Assembly (NCBI GenBank): GCA_017962315.1 | Contig: JAGCVN010000042.1 | Location: 16,031 to 80,030 of the forward strand | Source: Kiritimatiellia bacterium | GTDB taxonomy: Bacteria; Verrucomicrobiota; Kiritimatiellia; RFP12; UBA1067 | Reading direction: 5' to 3' | DNA: 64,000 nucleotides | Part shown: positions 48,859 through 58,084 of the stretch, piece after piece | How positions within the stretch are numbered: the stretch's first letter is position 1 | How the letters are laid out: each line of letters starts with the position of its first letter | Program-made: the position numbers and the translations under genes | The notes under the pieces: generated by a model | The model's input: only the letters and a program-made list of their open reading frames with translations | What the model was told of the DNA's origin: nothing | Database searches by the model: none

Positions 48859-50586
48859 ATGCGCTGGTCGCAGTTGCTGATCACCACGTTGCGGGATAAT
48901 CCGCAGGATGCCGAGATCGACAGTCACAAGCTTCTCGTCCGTTCCGGACTTGTCCGCAAACTTTCGGGCGGGCTCTACACGTTCATGCCGCTCGGAAACC
49001 GTGCCCTGCAGAAGGTCATGGGGATCATCCGCGAGGAGATGAACCGTGCCGGGGCCCGCGAAATCCTCATGCCCGCGCTCCAGCCCAGCGAACTCTGGGA
49101 ACGTTCCGGCCGCCTCGCCACGATGGGACCGGGGATGTTCCGGCTGAAAGACCGTCAGGGGCGCCTGATGGCGCTCGGGCCGACGCACGAGGAGGTCGTC
49201 ACCGAGTTGATTTCGTCCGAGATCAATTCCTACCGCCAGCTCCCCTGCACCGTCTACCAGATTCAGACGAAGTTCCGCGATGAAATCCGTCCGCGTTTCG
49301 GCCTGATGCGTGCAAAGGAGTTCATCATGAAGGACGCCTACAGTTTCGATGTCTCGTTTGACGCCGCAGACAAGTCGTACCTCGCCATGTACGAGGCCTA
49401 CAAGCGCATCTTCAAACGCTGCGGGCTCGCCGCATACCCCGTCGAAGCCGACACCGGCGACATCGGCGGGAAGTGGTCGCACGAGTTCATGGTGCTGGCC
49501 GATTCGGGGGAAGACGGGATCGCCTCCTGCCCCGCCTGCGGATACGCCGCCAACCTCGAACGCGCCGAGCGCAAGGTCGCCGAACCGGAGCCGGCCGCAG
49601 AATGTCCCGCGATCGAGGAAGTCGCGACGCCCGGCGTCCACACGATCGACGATCTGGTGCGTTTCCTGAAATGCAAACCGAAACAGCTTGTCAAGACGCT
49701 CGTCTACCTAGTGGACGGAAAGCCGGCCGCCGTCATGGTGCCGGGCGACCGCGATGTCAACGAGCCGAAGCTCCGCCGCCTCCTCAACGCGAAGAAGGTG
49801 GAGCTTGCCGACGACGCGACGGTCGTGAAAGTCACGGGGGCCCCGGTCGGTTTCGCCGGCCCCGTAGGACTCGCCGTGCCCGTGCCGGTCTACGCCGACC
49901 AGTCGCTCAAGGGTGCATCCGACCGGATCGCCGGGGCGAACAAGGCGGACACGCATCTGTTGCACGTCGATCTGGCGCGCGACGCGAAGGTGGAGGCGTT
50001 CCTGGATGTCGTCACCGTCTGCAGCCACGACCTCTGCCCGCACTGCGGTGCGCCGATCGCGATCAAGCGAGGCATCGAAGTCGGTCACGTCTTCAAGCTC
50101 GGCACGAAATACACCGAAGCGTTCGGCGCGAAGTACCTGGACGAAAAAGGAGAGGCGCAACTGATGGTGATGGGATGTTACGGCATCGGCGTCACCCGCA
50201 CGCTTCAGGCGGTCATCGAACAGAGCCACGACGCGAACGGCATCATCTGGCCGGTATCCGTCGCCCCCGCACAGGTCGCGCTGTTACTGCTCGACCCGAA
50301 GGATCCCGCAGCGGCGGAAGTCGCCGCCAAGCTGGAACGGGAACTGGAGGCGCGCGGCATCGACACGGTGCTGGACGACCGTGAAGAGCGTCCGGGCGTG
50401 AAGTTCAAGGACGCGGACCTGATCGGTTTCCCGTTGCGCGTCGTCGTCGGCACGAAAGGACTTGCAAAAGGTGGCGTGGAGATCAAGGAACGCACGTCCG
50501 GTGAAACGAAGATCGAGCCGGTCGAATCGGCCGTCGACGCGATCGCGGCGACGCTCGACGGACTCCGCCAGAAACTCCTTTCCTAA
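48859..50586 (+). CDS. proS: prolyl-tRNA synthetase (bacterial type with editing insertion)
   Basis: MRWSQLLITTLRDNPQDAEIDSHKLLVRSGLVRKLSGGLYTFMPLG... canonical ProS; 575 aa. Confidence 0.95.
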   Translation: MRWSQLLITTLRDNPQDAEIDSHKLLVRSGLVRKLSGGLYTFMPLGNRALQKVMGIIREEMNRAGAREILMPALQPSELWERSGRLATMGPGMFRLKDRQGRLMALGPTHEEVVTELISSEINSYRQLPCTVYQIQTKFRDEIRPRFGLMRAKEFIMKDAYSFDVSFDAADKSYLAMYEAYKRIFKRCGLAAYPVEADTGDIGGKWSHEFMVLADSGEDGIASCPACGYAANLERAERKVAEPEPAAECPAIEEVATPGVHTIDDLVRFLKCKPKQLVKTLVYLVDGKPAAVMVPGDRDVNEPKLRRLLNAKKVELADDATVVKVTGAPVGFAGPVGLAVPVPVYADQSLKGASDRIAGANKADTHLLHVDLARDAKVEAFLDVVTVCSHDLCPHCGAPIAIKRGIEVGHVFKLGTKYTEAFGAKYLDEKGEAQLMVMGCYGIGVTRTLQAVIEQSHDANGIIWPVSVAPAQVALLLLDPKDPAAAEVAAKLERELEARGIDTVLDDREERPGVKFKDADLIGFPLRVVVGTKGLAKGGVEIKERTSGETKIEPVESAVDAIAATLDGLRQKLLS

Positions 50587-50601
50587 CCCTAGGGGACCTT
50601 T

Positions 50602-50931
50602 ATGAAAACACGGCAAGCGAAACGTACGACCGAAAAACCGAAGACGTACACCAAGAAAGACCTTGTCATGAAGATCGCCGAAGACGCCGGTCTGCCGCAG
50701 CTTGCGACCGCCGAGCTTGTCCAGCAGGTGTTGGATGGGATCTGCGCGGCGTTGTCCGAAGGATACCGCGTCGAGTTCCGCGATTTCGGCGTCTTCCGCC
50801 GCATCAAGCGGAAACCCCGCGTCGGGCGCAACCCGAAAAATCCGGAGGGGACGGTCAAAATCCCCAGTTGCGAGACGATCCGGTTCAAGCCGGGCAGGAT
50901 TATGCGCTGCATCTGCGGCAAGGAGAAATGA
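50602..50931 (+). CDS. HU/IHF-family nucleoid-associated DNA-binding protein with short C-terminal Cys-containing extension
   Basis: ...GVFRRIKRKPRVGRNPKNPEGTVKIP... DNA-binding arm signature. Confidence 0.85.
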   Translation: MKTRQAKRTTEKPKTYTKKDLVMKIAEDAGLPQLATAELVQQVLDGICAALSEGYRVEFRDFGVFRRIKRKPRVGRNPKNPEGTVKIPSCETIRFKPGRIMRCICGKEK

Positions 50932-50935
50932 GAAG

Positions 50936-52195
50936 ATGGCGGAGATTTCCTTTGAACCGCCCCGCGGGATGCGGGACTTTTATCCAGAAGACATGGTGTT
51001 GCGCGAGCGCATTTTCAACGCCTGGCGCACGGCGGCGCGCCGTCACGGGTTCCAGCCGTACGACGCCTGCGTCGTCGAAAGCCTCGACCTGCTTGAACGG
51101 AAGAGCGGGGAGGAGGTATCCGCGCAGATCTACTGTTTCGAGGACAAATCGGGACGGCGGCTCGCCCTGCGTCCGGAGATGACACCGACGCTGGCCAGGA
51201 TGATCGCAGCCAAACAGGGAAGCCTCAACTTCCCCGTGAAGTGGACGGCGGTCGCGCAGTGTTTCCGTTACGAGCGCATGACGCGCGGGCGGAAGCGTGA
51301 ACACTACCAGTGGAACATGGACATCGTCGGGGAGGAAAGCTGTTCCGCCGAAATCGAGGTCATGGCGGCCGCCGTCGAAGCGCTCCGCCTGATGGGGATG
51401 CCCGACGGAGCCTACCGGATCCGCGTCAACAACCGCGCCCTGCTCTCCGAGCTTCTCGGAAAATCGGGAATCCCCGCCGCGCAGCACGCGGCCGTCTTCC
51501 TCGCGCTCGACAAACGGGGCAAGATCCCCGACGAGGAAATCGCCGTCCTTCTGAAAGCGGAAGGGCTCGACGAGGCCGCCGTCGCCAAGACGTTTGAACT
51601 CCTCTCCGTCCAGTCGCTTGATCAGGCGGCGGAACTCGCCGGCCCGGACTCCCCCGCCGTGGCACGCCTTCGCGAACTTTTCGCGCTCGCCGCCGTCTAC
51701 GGGATCCAGGACGTGCTGGCGTTTGACATCGGCGTCATCCGCGGACTTGCCTACTACACCGGCATCGTCTTTGAGGCGTTCGACACGGCGGGCAAGTTCC
51801 GTGCGATTTTCGGGGGCGGGCGTTACGACAACCTGCTCACGACCATCGGCGGGAAACCGACGCCCGCCGTCGGGCTGGGGTTCGGCGATGTCGTTGTCGG
51901 CGAGGTTCTGAAAGACCTTCTCGGGGAGGAGGTCACATCGACAAAAGGCGGTGTGTTGATCGGGTATATGTTCCCGGAACAGCGCGAGGCCGCGATGCGC
52001 CTCGCCGCGCGTCTCCGCGCCGAGGGTGAGGATGTCGACCTGATGCTCCACAAGGCGAAGCCGAAACAGTTCTTCGCGCGAGCCGGCGCGGGTAACGCGG
52101 CCGACGCGATCTTCATCGGTCCGGACGATGTCGAGAAGGGCGTCGTACGCCGCAAACATCTGGAAGACCGCAGCGAAACCGAATGTAAACTGTAG
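50936..52195 (+). CDS. hisS: histidyl-tRNA synthetase
   Basis: MAEISFEPPRGMRDFYPEDM...RYERMTRGRKREHYQWNMDIVGEE class II motifs. Start moved to the internal ATG of the track ORF. Confidence 0.93.
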   Translation: MAEISFEPPRGMRDFYPEDMVLRERIFNAWRTAARRHGFQPYDACVVESLDLLERKSGEEVSAQIYCFEDKSGRRLALRPEMTPTLARMIAAKQGSLNFPVKWTAVAQCFRYERMTRGRKREHYQWNMDIVGEESCSAEIEVMAAAVEALRLMGMPDGAYRIRVNNRALLSELLGKSGIPAAQHAAVFLALDKRGKIPDEEIAVLLKAEGLDEAAVAKTFELLSVQSLDQAAELAGPDSPAVARLRELFALAAVYGIQDVLAFDIGVIRGLAYYTGIVFEAFDTAGKFRAIFGGGRYDNLLTTIGGKPTPAVGLGFGDVVVGEVLKDLLGEEVTSTKGGVLIGYMFPEQREAAMRLAARLRAEGEDVDLMLHKAKPKQFFARAGAGNAADAIFIGPDDVEKGVVRRKHLEDRSETECKL

Positions 52196-52205
52196 GAGGG
52201 ACGGC

Positions 52206-53222
52206 ATGGCGAACACCGGAACGACGTATCTCGGGTTAAACCTGAAAAACCCGCTCGTGGCGGGGGCTTCCACCTTGACCGAACATGCGGATTCTATTCT
52301 CCGGCTGGAGGATGCGGGAATCGGCGCGGTCGTATTGCGATCCATGTTTGAGGAGGAAATCACCGCGGATGTGGCGGATATGTACCATGAACTCGCCTAC
52401 ACGGAAACCGCGTTCGCGATGGAGTATCTGCGGGCGGATCTGCCCGCCCGGCTCGGTCCGGAAGCGAGCCTCAACCGGCTCGCCGCCATCAAGAAGCGGG
52501 TCGGCATCCCGGTCATCGCGAGCTGCAATTGTCTGAAAAAGGCACAGTGGGTTTCCTACGCGAGAAAAATCGAACAGGCGGGCGCGGACGCGCTTGAATT
52601 GAACCTCTACCGGATGCCGCTGGACGCGACGAAGACATCCGAGACCGTGGAGGCGCGGGATCTCGATACCGTCCGCGCGGTGGTGGAGGCCGTAAAAATC
52701 CCGGTCGCGGTGAAGCTCAGCCCCTATTACACTGCCCTGATCCCGTTCGCGTTCGCCCTTCAGCAGACGGGCGTGAAAGGGCTTGTCCTTTTCAACCGTT
52801 TTTTGCAGACCGACATCGACATCGACCGGGAGAAGTTCTTCTACAGGCCGGATTTCACCACCCCAGACGCCCTTCCCCTGCAATTGCGCTGGACGGCCGT
52901 GCTGCGCAACATCCTGCGGACAGACCTCGCGCTCAGCGGCGGTATTCATTCGGGGCGCGAACTGATCAAGTCGTTGCTCGTCGGCGCGAACGTCGGCTAT
53001 ATCTGCTCGGCCCTCTATCAGAACCAAGACCACAAGGCGCTCATCTCCGGAATCCTGTCCACGTTGAACGGCTGGATGGAAACGAAAGCATACGCCGGTC
53101 TTGACGCTTTCCGAGGGAAATTACGCGAAACCGACCTCACCGACGGCGAGGGTTTCGAGCGTAACCAGTACACCAAACAGGGGAACGGAGAAGAGGTTTT
53201 CGGAGTCGGGACCCAGTCCTGA
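52206..53222 (+). CDS. dihydroorotate-dehydrogenase-like (PyrD-family TIM-barrel) flavoprotein lacking the usual catalytic Cys/Ser; possible enoyl-reductase-like partner of the downstream cassette
   Basis: LNLKNPLVAGASTL...GIGAVVLRS...SGGIHSGRELIKSLLVGANVGYICSALY match DHOD-fold blocks. 'LELNLYRMP' replaces the catalytic 'SCPN'. Confidence 0.6.
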   Translation: MANTGTTYLGLNLKNPLVAGASTLTEHADSILRLEDAGIGAVVLRSMFEEEITADVADMYHELAYTETAFAMEYLRADLPARLGPEASLNRLAAIKKRVGIPVIASCNCLKKAQWVSYARKIEQAGADALELNLYRMPLDATKTSETVEARDLDTVRAVVEAVKIPVAVKLSPYYTALIPFAFALQQTGVKGLVLFNRFLQTDIDIDREKFFYRPDFTTPDALPLQLRWTAVLRNILRTDLALSGGIHSGRELIKSLLVGANVGYICSALYQNQDHKALISGILSTLNGWMETKAYAGLDAFRGKLRETDLTDGEGFERNQYTKQGNGEEVFGVGTQS

Positions 53223-53252
53223 CAGGAATCTGGACATCCGGAGAAAACGGGG

Positions 53253-53678
53253 ATGAGCGATTCAGGGCGCACTGCGTTTCCGATAATCGGGGAGCAGCTG
53301 GAAAGATGTTTTTCTGTCACCGGAGAGACCTCCCTCGAAGTGGTCGCGGCGTGCCGTGTCCCGCCAGACTTTTCCGGTTTTGAGGGGCATTTCCCCGGAC
53401 GGCCCATCCTCCCGGCGTTTTGTATCGTCCGGCTCTGTCTCGCGATTGCCGGGCGCGGGGTTTCCTTCCGCCCGCGCCTACGGACCGTCACCCGGTCGCG
53501 TTTTCTCGTGCCGATCGAACCGGACACCCCGTTCACGGTGCGCGTTGTCCGGACGGCCGTCCCGGAGAGTGGGTGGAAATGCCGGGCCGTGCTGACGGCG
53601 GGCAGCGCGACGGCAGCCGAGGTGCGATTCACGTTTGACCAAGAAGAGGAAGGATACAATGCAGCGTCACAAGCTTGA
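53253..53678 (+). CDS. FabZ/FabA-like 3-hydroxyacyl-ACP dehydratase (hotdog fold)
   Basis: FEGHFPGRPILPAF is the FabZ active-site motif. Confidence 0.75.
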   Translation: MSDSGRTAFPIIGEQLERCFSVTGETSLEVVAACRVPPDFSGFEGHFPGRPILPAFCIVRLCLAIAGRGVSFRPRLRTVTRSRFLVPIEPDTPFTVRVVRTAVPESGWKCRAVLTAGSATAAEVRFTFDQEEEGYNAASQA

Positions 53679-54141
53679 ACATTTCCCGAGACATGAAGGC
53701 GACCCTGCGCCGCTCCGCCTCACCGTCAAACGCAAGGCGGCCTACAGCGATGTCGATCCGATGGGGTATGTCTGGTTCGGACGTTACCCGCTTTACATGG
53801 AGGCGGCCGCAGATGCCCTGAACCAGGCCGTCGACCTTACCCATGCGGCGCTCTCCGGCGCAGGTGTACTCAACCCCGTCGCCCAGCTCGGCATCAACTA
53901 CATCCGTCCGATCTTGCTGGAGACGGAAACCGAGATCACGGCGACACTCGTCTGGACGGAGGCCGCCAAGCTCCAATACGAAATCGCCATCCGTTCAGAA
54001 ATAGGCCTCCACGCGGTCGCCTGGGCGGTGAACGTGTTTGTCGAAGCTTCTTCAAACCAGGTTTTCCTCGCGCCGCCCCCTTTGATCGAATCTTTCCGTG
54101 AACGATGGCGGGAAGGAGGGTTCGCGTGCCTGCAAATTTAG
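53659..54141 (+). CDS. hotdog-fold acyl-CoA/acyl-ACP thioesterase (4HBT/YbgC-like)
   Basis: Start at the internal ATG with strong RBS GAAGAGGAAGG; hotdog-like ~160 aa. Confidence 0.55.
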   Translation: MQRHKLEHFPRHEGDPAPLRLTVKRKAAYSDVDPMGYVWFGRYPLYMEAAADALNQAVDLTHAALSGAGVLNPVAQLGINYIRPILLETETEITATLVWTEAAKLQYEIAIRSEIGLHAVAWAVNVFVEASSNQVFLAPPPLIESFRERWREGGFACLQI

Positions 54142-55205
54142 AGCGGATCGCGATTGTCGACGGCGACATCCTGACCTCGTTCGGGCACGGCATCAACTGT
54201 TGTTTCGACGGGCTTCTCGAAGGACGCCGCGCCCTCTCGCACGATGACGCCCTTGTCTGCACGACCGGTTCCGGATGGCTCGGCCGCGTTTCCGGGATCA
54301 ACGAAACGGAGACGCGGTTCGACGCCCTTCTCGATGCCCTCGCCCCGGACCTTCTCGCCCCTGAAACCGACATCCGTATCCTCCTCGCCTCCACGCTCGG
54401 CAACGCGCCGACGGCAAACACGCCAGACCGTCCCGGCTTCGCCCTGCCCGGAGTCGATGTCTTCTCCGCCGCATGCGCGTCCTCTTCCGCCGCGCTCTGT
54501 TTCGCGGCCGATTTGCTTGCGACGGGACGCGAGACGGCGGTCCGCGTCGTCGCGGCGGACGCCCTTTCGGAATTCGTCTACTCCGGTTTCGCCTCGTTGG
54601 GTGCGCTCGACATGGAACCGTCCCGCCCGTTCGACACCTCCCGGGCGGGATTGAATCTCGGCGAGGCGGCGGGGTGGATGCTGCTGATGACGGAGTCGCG
54701 CGCCCGTAGCGAAGGGCGTGCGCCGCGTGGATACCTCGCCGGCTGGGGACAGCGGAACGACGCGCACCACCTCACCGCTCCACACCGCGAGGCGCGCGGG
54801 TTGATCGCGTCAATCCAGGCTGCGCGGGAACGGGCAGACTCACGCGGCGCGGCGTACCCCGTCGTCACCTATTGCGCCCACGGAACGGGTACGCGGTATA
54901 ACGATGCGATGGAGATGAAGGCCGCCAAAGCCTGTTTCTCCCCGCCCGTCCCCCTCTGGTCGGTGAAGGGCGCGATCGGCCATACGCTCGGCGCGTCGGG
55001 GCTCGTCGAAACCTGGCTCGCGCTCCACGCCCTGGAACGGGGAGTCGCCCCGATGACGGTCGGCTGCACAACGCCGGAATGCCCGGACGGGGGCGTAACG
55101 CTCCACAACACGCCCGTCACGCCTGACGGTCTGGCACTCACCACAAACTCGGGATTCGGCGGGATCAACGCCGCACTTCTTCTACAGCGGGGCGACGCGC
55201 CATGA
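54105..55205 (+). CDS. beta-ketoacyl synthase (KAS I/II-like, short form; Cys-His-His triad present); start possibly GTG at 54126
   Basis: SAACASSSAAL (Cys), CAHGTGT and GHTLGASG (His) motifs; 366 aa. Confidence 0.8.
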   Translation: MAGRRVRVPANLERIAIVDGDILTSFGHGINCCFDGLLEGRRALSHDDALVCTTGSGWLGRVSGINETETRFDALLDALAPDLLAPETDIRILLASTLGNAPTANTPDRPGFALPGVDVFSAACASSSAALCFAADLLATGRETAVRVVAADALSEFVYSGFASLGALDMEPSRPFDTSRAGLNLGEAAGWMLLMTESRARSEGRAPRGYLAGWGQRNDAHHLTAPHREARGLIASIQAARERADSRGAAYPVVTYCAHGTGTRYNDAMEMKAAKACFSPPVPLWSVKGAIGHTLGASGLVETWLALHALERGVAPMTVGCTTPECPDGGVTLHNTPVTPDGLALTTNSGFGGINAALLLQRGDAP

Positions 55206-56341
55206 AAGTCCGCCTCCTTGCCATTTGCGGACTCGCCCTCTTTTTCGCCGGTTGCCGGGTCCCCCTGCCCGCCCGCCCCCTGAACAAAGGGGACGATGCG
55301 AAATCGGCGATGCAGCAGCTTGCCGATGATTACATCCGCCGAAGCGGGAACACTTGTATCGTCGCCGGGGCGCTTTTTCCCGACGGACGCGAAGTGGTTG
55401 TCCATGCAGGCCGAGCCAATCCGGCAGACACCTCCGTCCCGTTGGACGACGACACGCTTTTCGCCATCGCCTCCATCACCAAAAACATTGTCGCCATCAC
55501 CGCGATCGAAGCGGCGAAAGCAGGACGTGTCAATCTGGATGCCTCGGTGCCGACGTATGCGGAAGAGCCGCTTCCCGAAATCTACCGACGTGTCACCCTC
55601 CGCGACCTCCTCTACCACCGTTCCGGACTTCCGAGGGAATCGCTAGGATTCTTCGATGTGCCGGAGATTCTGGACTGCTGGATGTTCGGAGGAGACATCT
55701 ACAAGAAGGCCAGTTCCCGCGCCGGGCTTTACAAGACCTTGCGCGGCTCGCACTGCGTCAAAGCCGTCAGGCGGGCGAAACCGGAATACAGCAACATCGG
55801 GTTCGGGCTACTTGGCGTGCTGCTTGAAAACGCAACCGGGGAAAGCATCCCCTCGCTCGTCAAACGGTATGTGACCGACCCGCTCGGCATGGCGGATACG
55901 ACATTCGAACCGGATGAGGCACAGCGCACCCGGCTCGCCGCCCCGACCGCCGGCGACGTACCGAAACTGGTCCGGCGCGGGCACCGCGTCCCCGTCCACC
56001 GGCTGGGTGACGGGCTTCGCGCCACGGGCGGGCTTTACTCGACAGTCCGCGACCAGCTCCGCTTCATCCGCCATTTTTTATTGGAGAAGCAGATGCTGCA
56101 ACGATTCCGCCAGCAGATTCCCGACAAACAGGACGGGCAACTGCATTTCAACCACGTCCTCAAAACCACCCCGAAAGGGCATCGGATGCTGTATCGATGG
56201 GGAATGTTCTACGGATACGCCTCCTTTGTCGGGATGGACGTGGAGACAGGTATCGCCATTATCCTCTTGCGAAGCGGGACTGACTGGCCGGACAAGTTAG
56301 GCATTCTTTTCCTTGAGACCCTCGACCACCTGACCCCGTGA
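55202..56341 (+). CDS. beta-lactamase-family serine hydrolase lipoprotein (S-x-x-K 'SITK')
   Basis: Lipobox FFAGC; ...FAIASITKNIVAITAIEAA... motif; YxN-like and downstream blocks. Confidence 0.75.
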   Translation: MKVRLLAICGLALFFAGCRVPLPARPLNKGDDAKSAMQQLADDYIRRSGNTCIVAGALFPDGREVVVHAGRANPADTSVPLDDDTLFAIASITKNIVAITAIEAAKAGRVNLDASVPTYAEEPLPEIYRRVTLRDLLYHRSGLPRESLGFFDVPEILDCWMFGGDIYKKASSRAGLYKTLRGSHCVKAVRRAKPEYSNIGFGLLGVLLENATGESIPSLVKRYVTDPLGMADTTFEPDEAQRTRLAAPTAGDVPKLVRRGHRVPVHRLGDGLRATGGLYSTVRDQLRFIRHFLLEKQMLQRFRQQIPDKQDGQLHFNHVLKTTPKGHRMLYRWGMFYGYASFVGMDVETGIAIILLRSGTDWPDKLGILFLETLDHLTP

Positions 56342-56364
56342 AGGAATCCGTCAGGAGGTGTGGC

Positions 56365-56495
56365 AAGAGAGTTGCGTATACTTTGGGGATTTCGTTCATG
56401 AATGTGGGGCAGATTCAACCGGCAAGGGGAATCTCGCTCGTTTTTTGAACGCAGAGACACAGAGAAAGGGCAACGGGGACGTTGCCTGTCTGCAG
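56365..56495 (+). repeat. repeat element copy 2: internally deleted module A (5' block GGGATTTCGTTCATGAATGTGGGGCAGATTCAACCGGCAAGGGG joined to 3' block ...GAACGCAGAGACACAGAGAAAGGGCAACGGGGACGTTGCC)
   Basis: Both ends align to copy 1 at 9735-9790 and 9935-9985; the middle ~150 nt is absent. Confidence 0.5.
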
Positions 56496-56547
56496 GGTGG
56501 AGCGAACCAACCGTCCGGGATGCAACAAGGTGAATGGGTTCCCGTGT

Positions 56548-57903
56548 TCATACCCCGGGCGCGAGGCGTTCATTCTCACGCTGCCAACCGGCTTTCGGAA
56601 GCGGCCAAGGATAGGCGTCCAGTGCGGTCAACGCTTCTCCCGCCAAAAAAAGGGATCCGCAAACCAGCACGATCCCGCCGTGTGCGGCGGCCCACTCTTT
56701 CGCGGCATCCAGCGCGGCTGGAACAGAGGGGGCACTTTGAACAGGGTCCACCCCCGCCATACGCATCACCCCTGCCGCCCGGGCTGCCGTCAACGAGCGA
56801 GGGTTGGCGATCGCCACACCCCACGCCGCTTTCACGGAAGGCGACAAGACCTGCAGGACGCCAAGCGCGTCCTTGTCGCCACAGAAACCGGCGACCAGCG
56901 CGACAGGGCGTTTTTCGCGGCAGGACTTCAATGCCCCGCGCAATGCTTCTGCCGCGCAGGGGTTGTGCGCACCGTCCACAAGTACAGGCGGCTCTTTGCA
57001 TACCAGCTGGAAACGCCCCGGCCAGCAGACGTTCTGCAACCCCGATACGAACGCTTCATCCGTCAAGGGGAGTCCCGCCTCTGCGACACATTCGAGCGCG
57101 GCGATCGCGGTCACGGCGTTTTCCGTCTGGAACGCGCCCGCCAGCGGGAACCGCACCGGCGGCAGCGTCCGGTTCTGCGTGGAGACGGAAAGCCGTTGCC
57201 CATCCAGGCCGCTTTTCGTCACACGGACGCCGGCCGCGTCCTCCGCCGCGACAAACGGTGCGCCGATACGCGACGCAGCGGCGGCAATCACCGCACGCGC
57301 CTCGTCCGGCATCGCGCCACAGACGACGGGACGGCCGGATTTGACAATTCCAGCCTTTTCCCCCGCGATCTCCGCAACCGTGTTGCCGAGCCAGTCGCAG
57401 TGGTCCAGACCGACACGGGTGATGACAGAGACGAGCGGCGTCACCACGTTCGTGGCGTCCAGACGTCCTCCCAACCCGGTTTCCACCACGGCGAGTTTCA
57501 CCCCCGCGTCACGGAAGAGGGTGAAGGCGACCGCCGTGAGTGCTTCAAAAAAAGTCGCGGGGCGTCCGATCTCGCGTTCGACGGACTCGACGGCGGGAAG
57601 GACACGTTGCGCGGCCGCTTCCAGTTCAGCATCCGAAACCGGCATGCCATCCACTTGAAACCGCTCGTTCACGTTGACCAGGTGTGGCGAAATGTAGAGT
57701 CCCACGTGATAACCAGCCGCCCGTAGAACGGAGGAGCAGATCGCGGCGACCGCCCCCTTCCCGTCCGTTCCGGCGATATGGATTGCGGCGATTTTCGTTT
57801 CCGGATTCCCGAGTTTCGCTAAGACGGCGCGAATGGTCTCCAATCCGGGTTTTATTCCGAACCGGTTCCTTTCCGACAATGCCTGCAAGGTTTCAAGCGC
57901 CAT
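56548..57903 (-). CDS. folC: bifunctional folylpolyglutamate synthase / dihydrofolate synthase FolC
   Basis: ...HIAGTDGKGAV... Mur-ligase P-loop and FolC blocks; 451 aa. Confidence 0.9.
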   Translation of the reverse strand: MALETLQALSERNRFGIKPGLETIRAVLAKLGNPETKIAAIHIAGTDGKGAVAAICSSVLRAAGYHVGLYISPHLVNVNERFQVDGMPVSDAELEAAAQRVLPAVESVEREIGRPATFFEALTAVAFTLFRDAGVKLAVVETGLGGRLDATNVVTPLVSVITRVGLDHCDWLGNTVAEIAGEKAGIVKSGRPVVCGAMPDEARAVIAAAASRIGAPFVAAEDAAGVRVTKSGLDGQRLSVSTQNRTLPPVRFPLAGAFQTENAVTAIAALECVAEAGLPLTDEAFVSGLQNVCWPGRFQLVCKEPPVLVDGAHNPCAAEALRGALKSCREKRPVALVAGFCGDKDALGVLQVLSPSVKAAWGVAIANPRSLTAARAAGVMRMAGVDPVQSAPSVPAALDAAKEWAAAHGGIVLVCGSLFLAGEALTALDAYPWPLPKAGWQRENERLAPGV

Positions 57904-58084
57904 ATTCCCTCCCCTATTTGAACTCTACAGCCTCATCGCACTTCGTCGCCAGTTTACCAGAAGAAGGGCGGCATGGGCAACATTTTAACCCAAATTCCTC
58001 TATTCCTTTTACCGGACAACGGTTTTATCTCACACGGATGTGCGGAGATTTTGTAGCTTCACGGCGGTTTTACGGAACGAGTTG

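Noticed and set aside
48540-48860. T-box or other leader upstream of proS
   Set aside because: No specifier loop/T-box consensus (AATTAGGGTGGNACCGCG); the organism appears Gram-negative-like.
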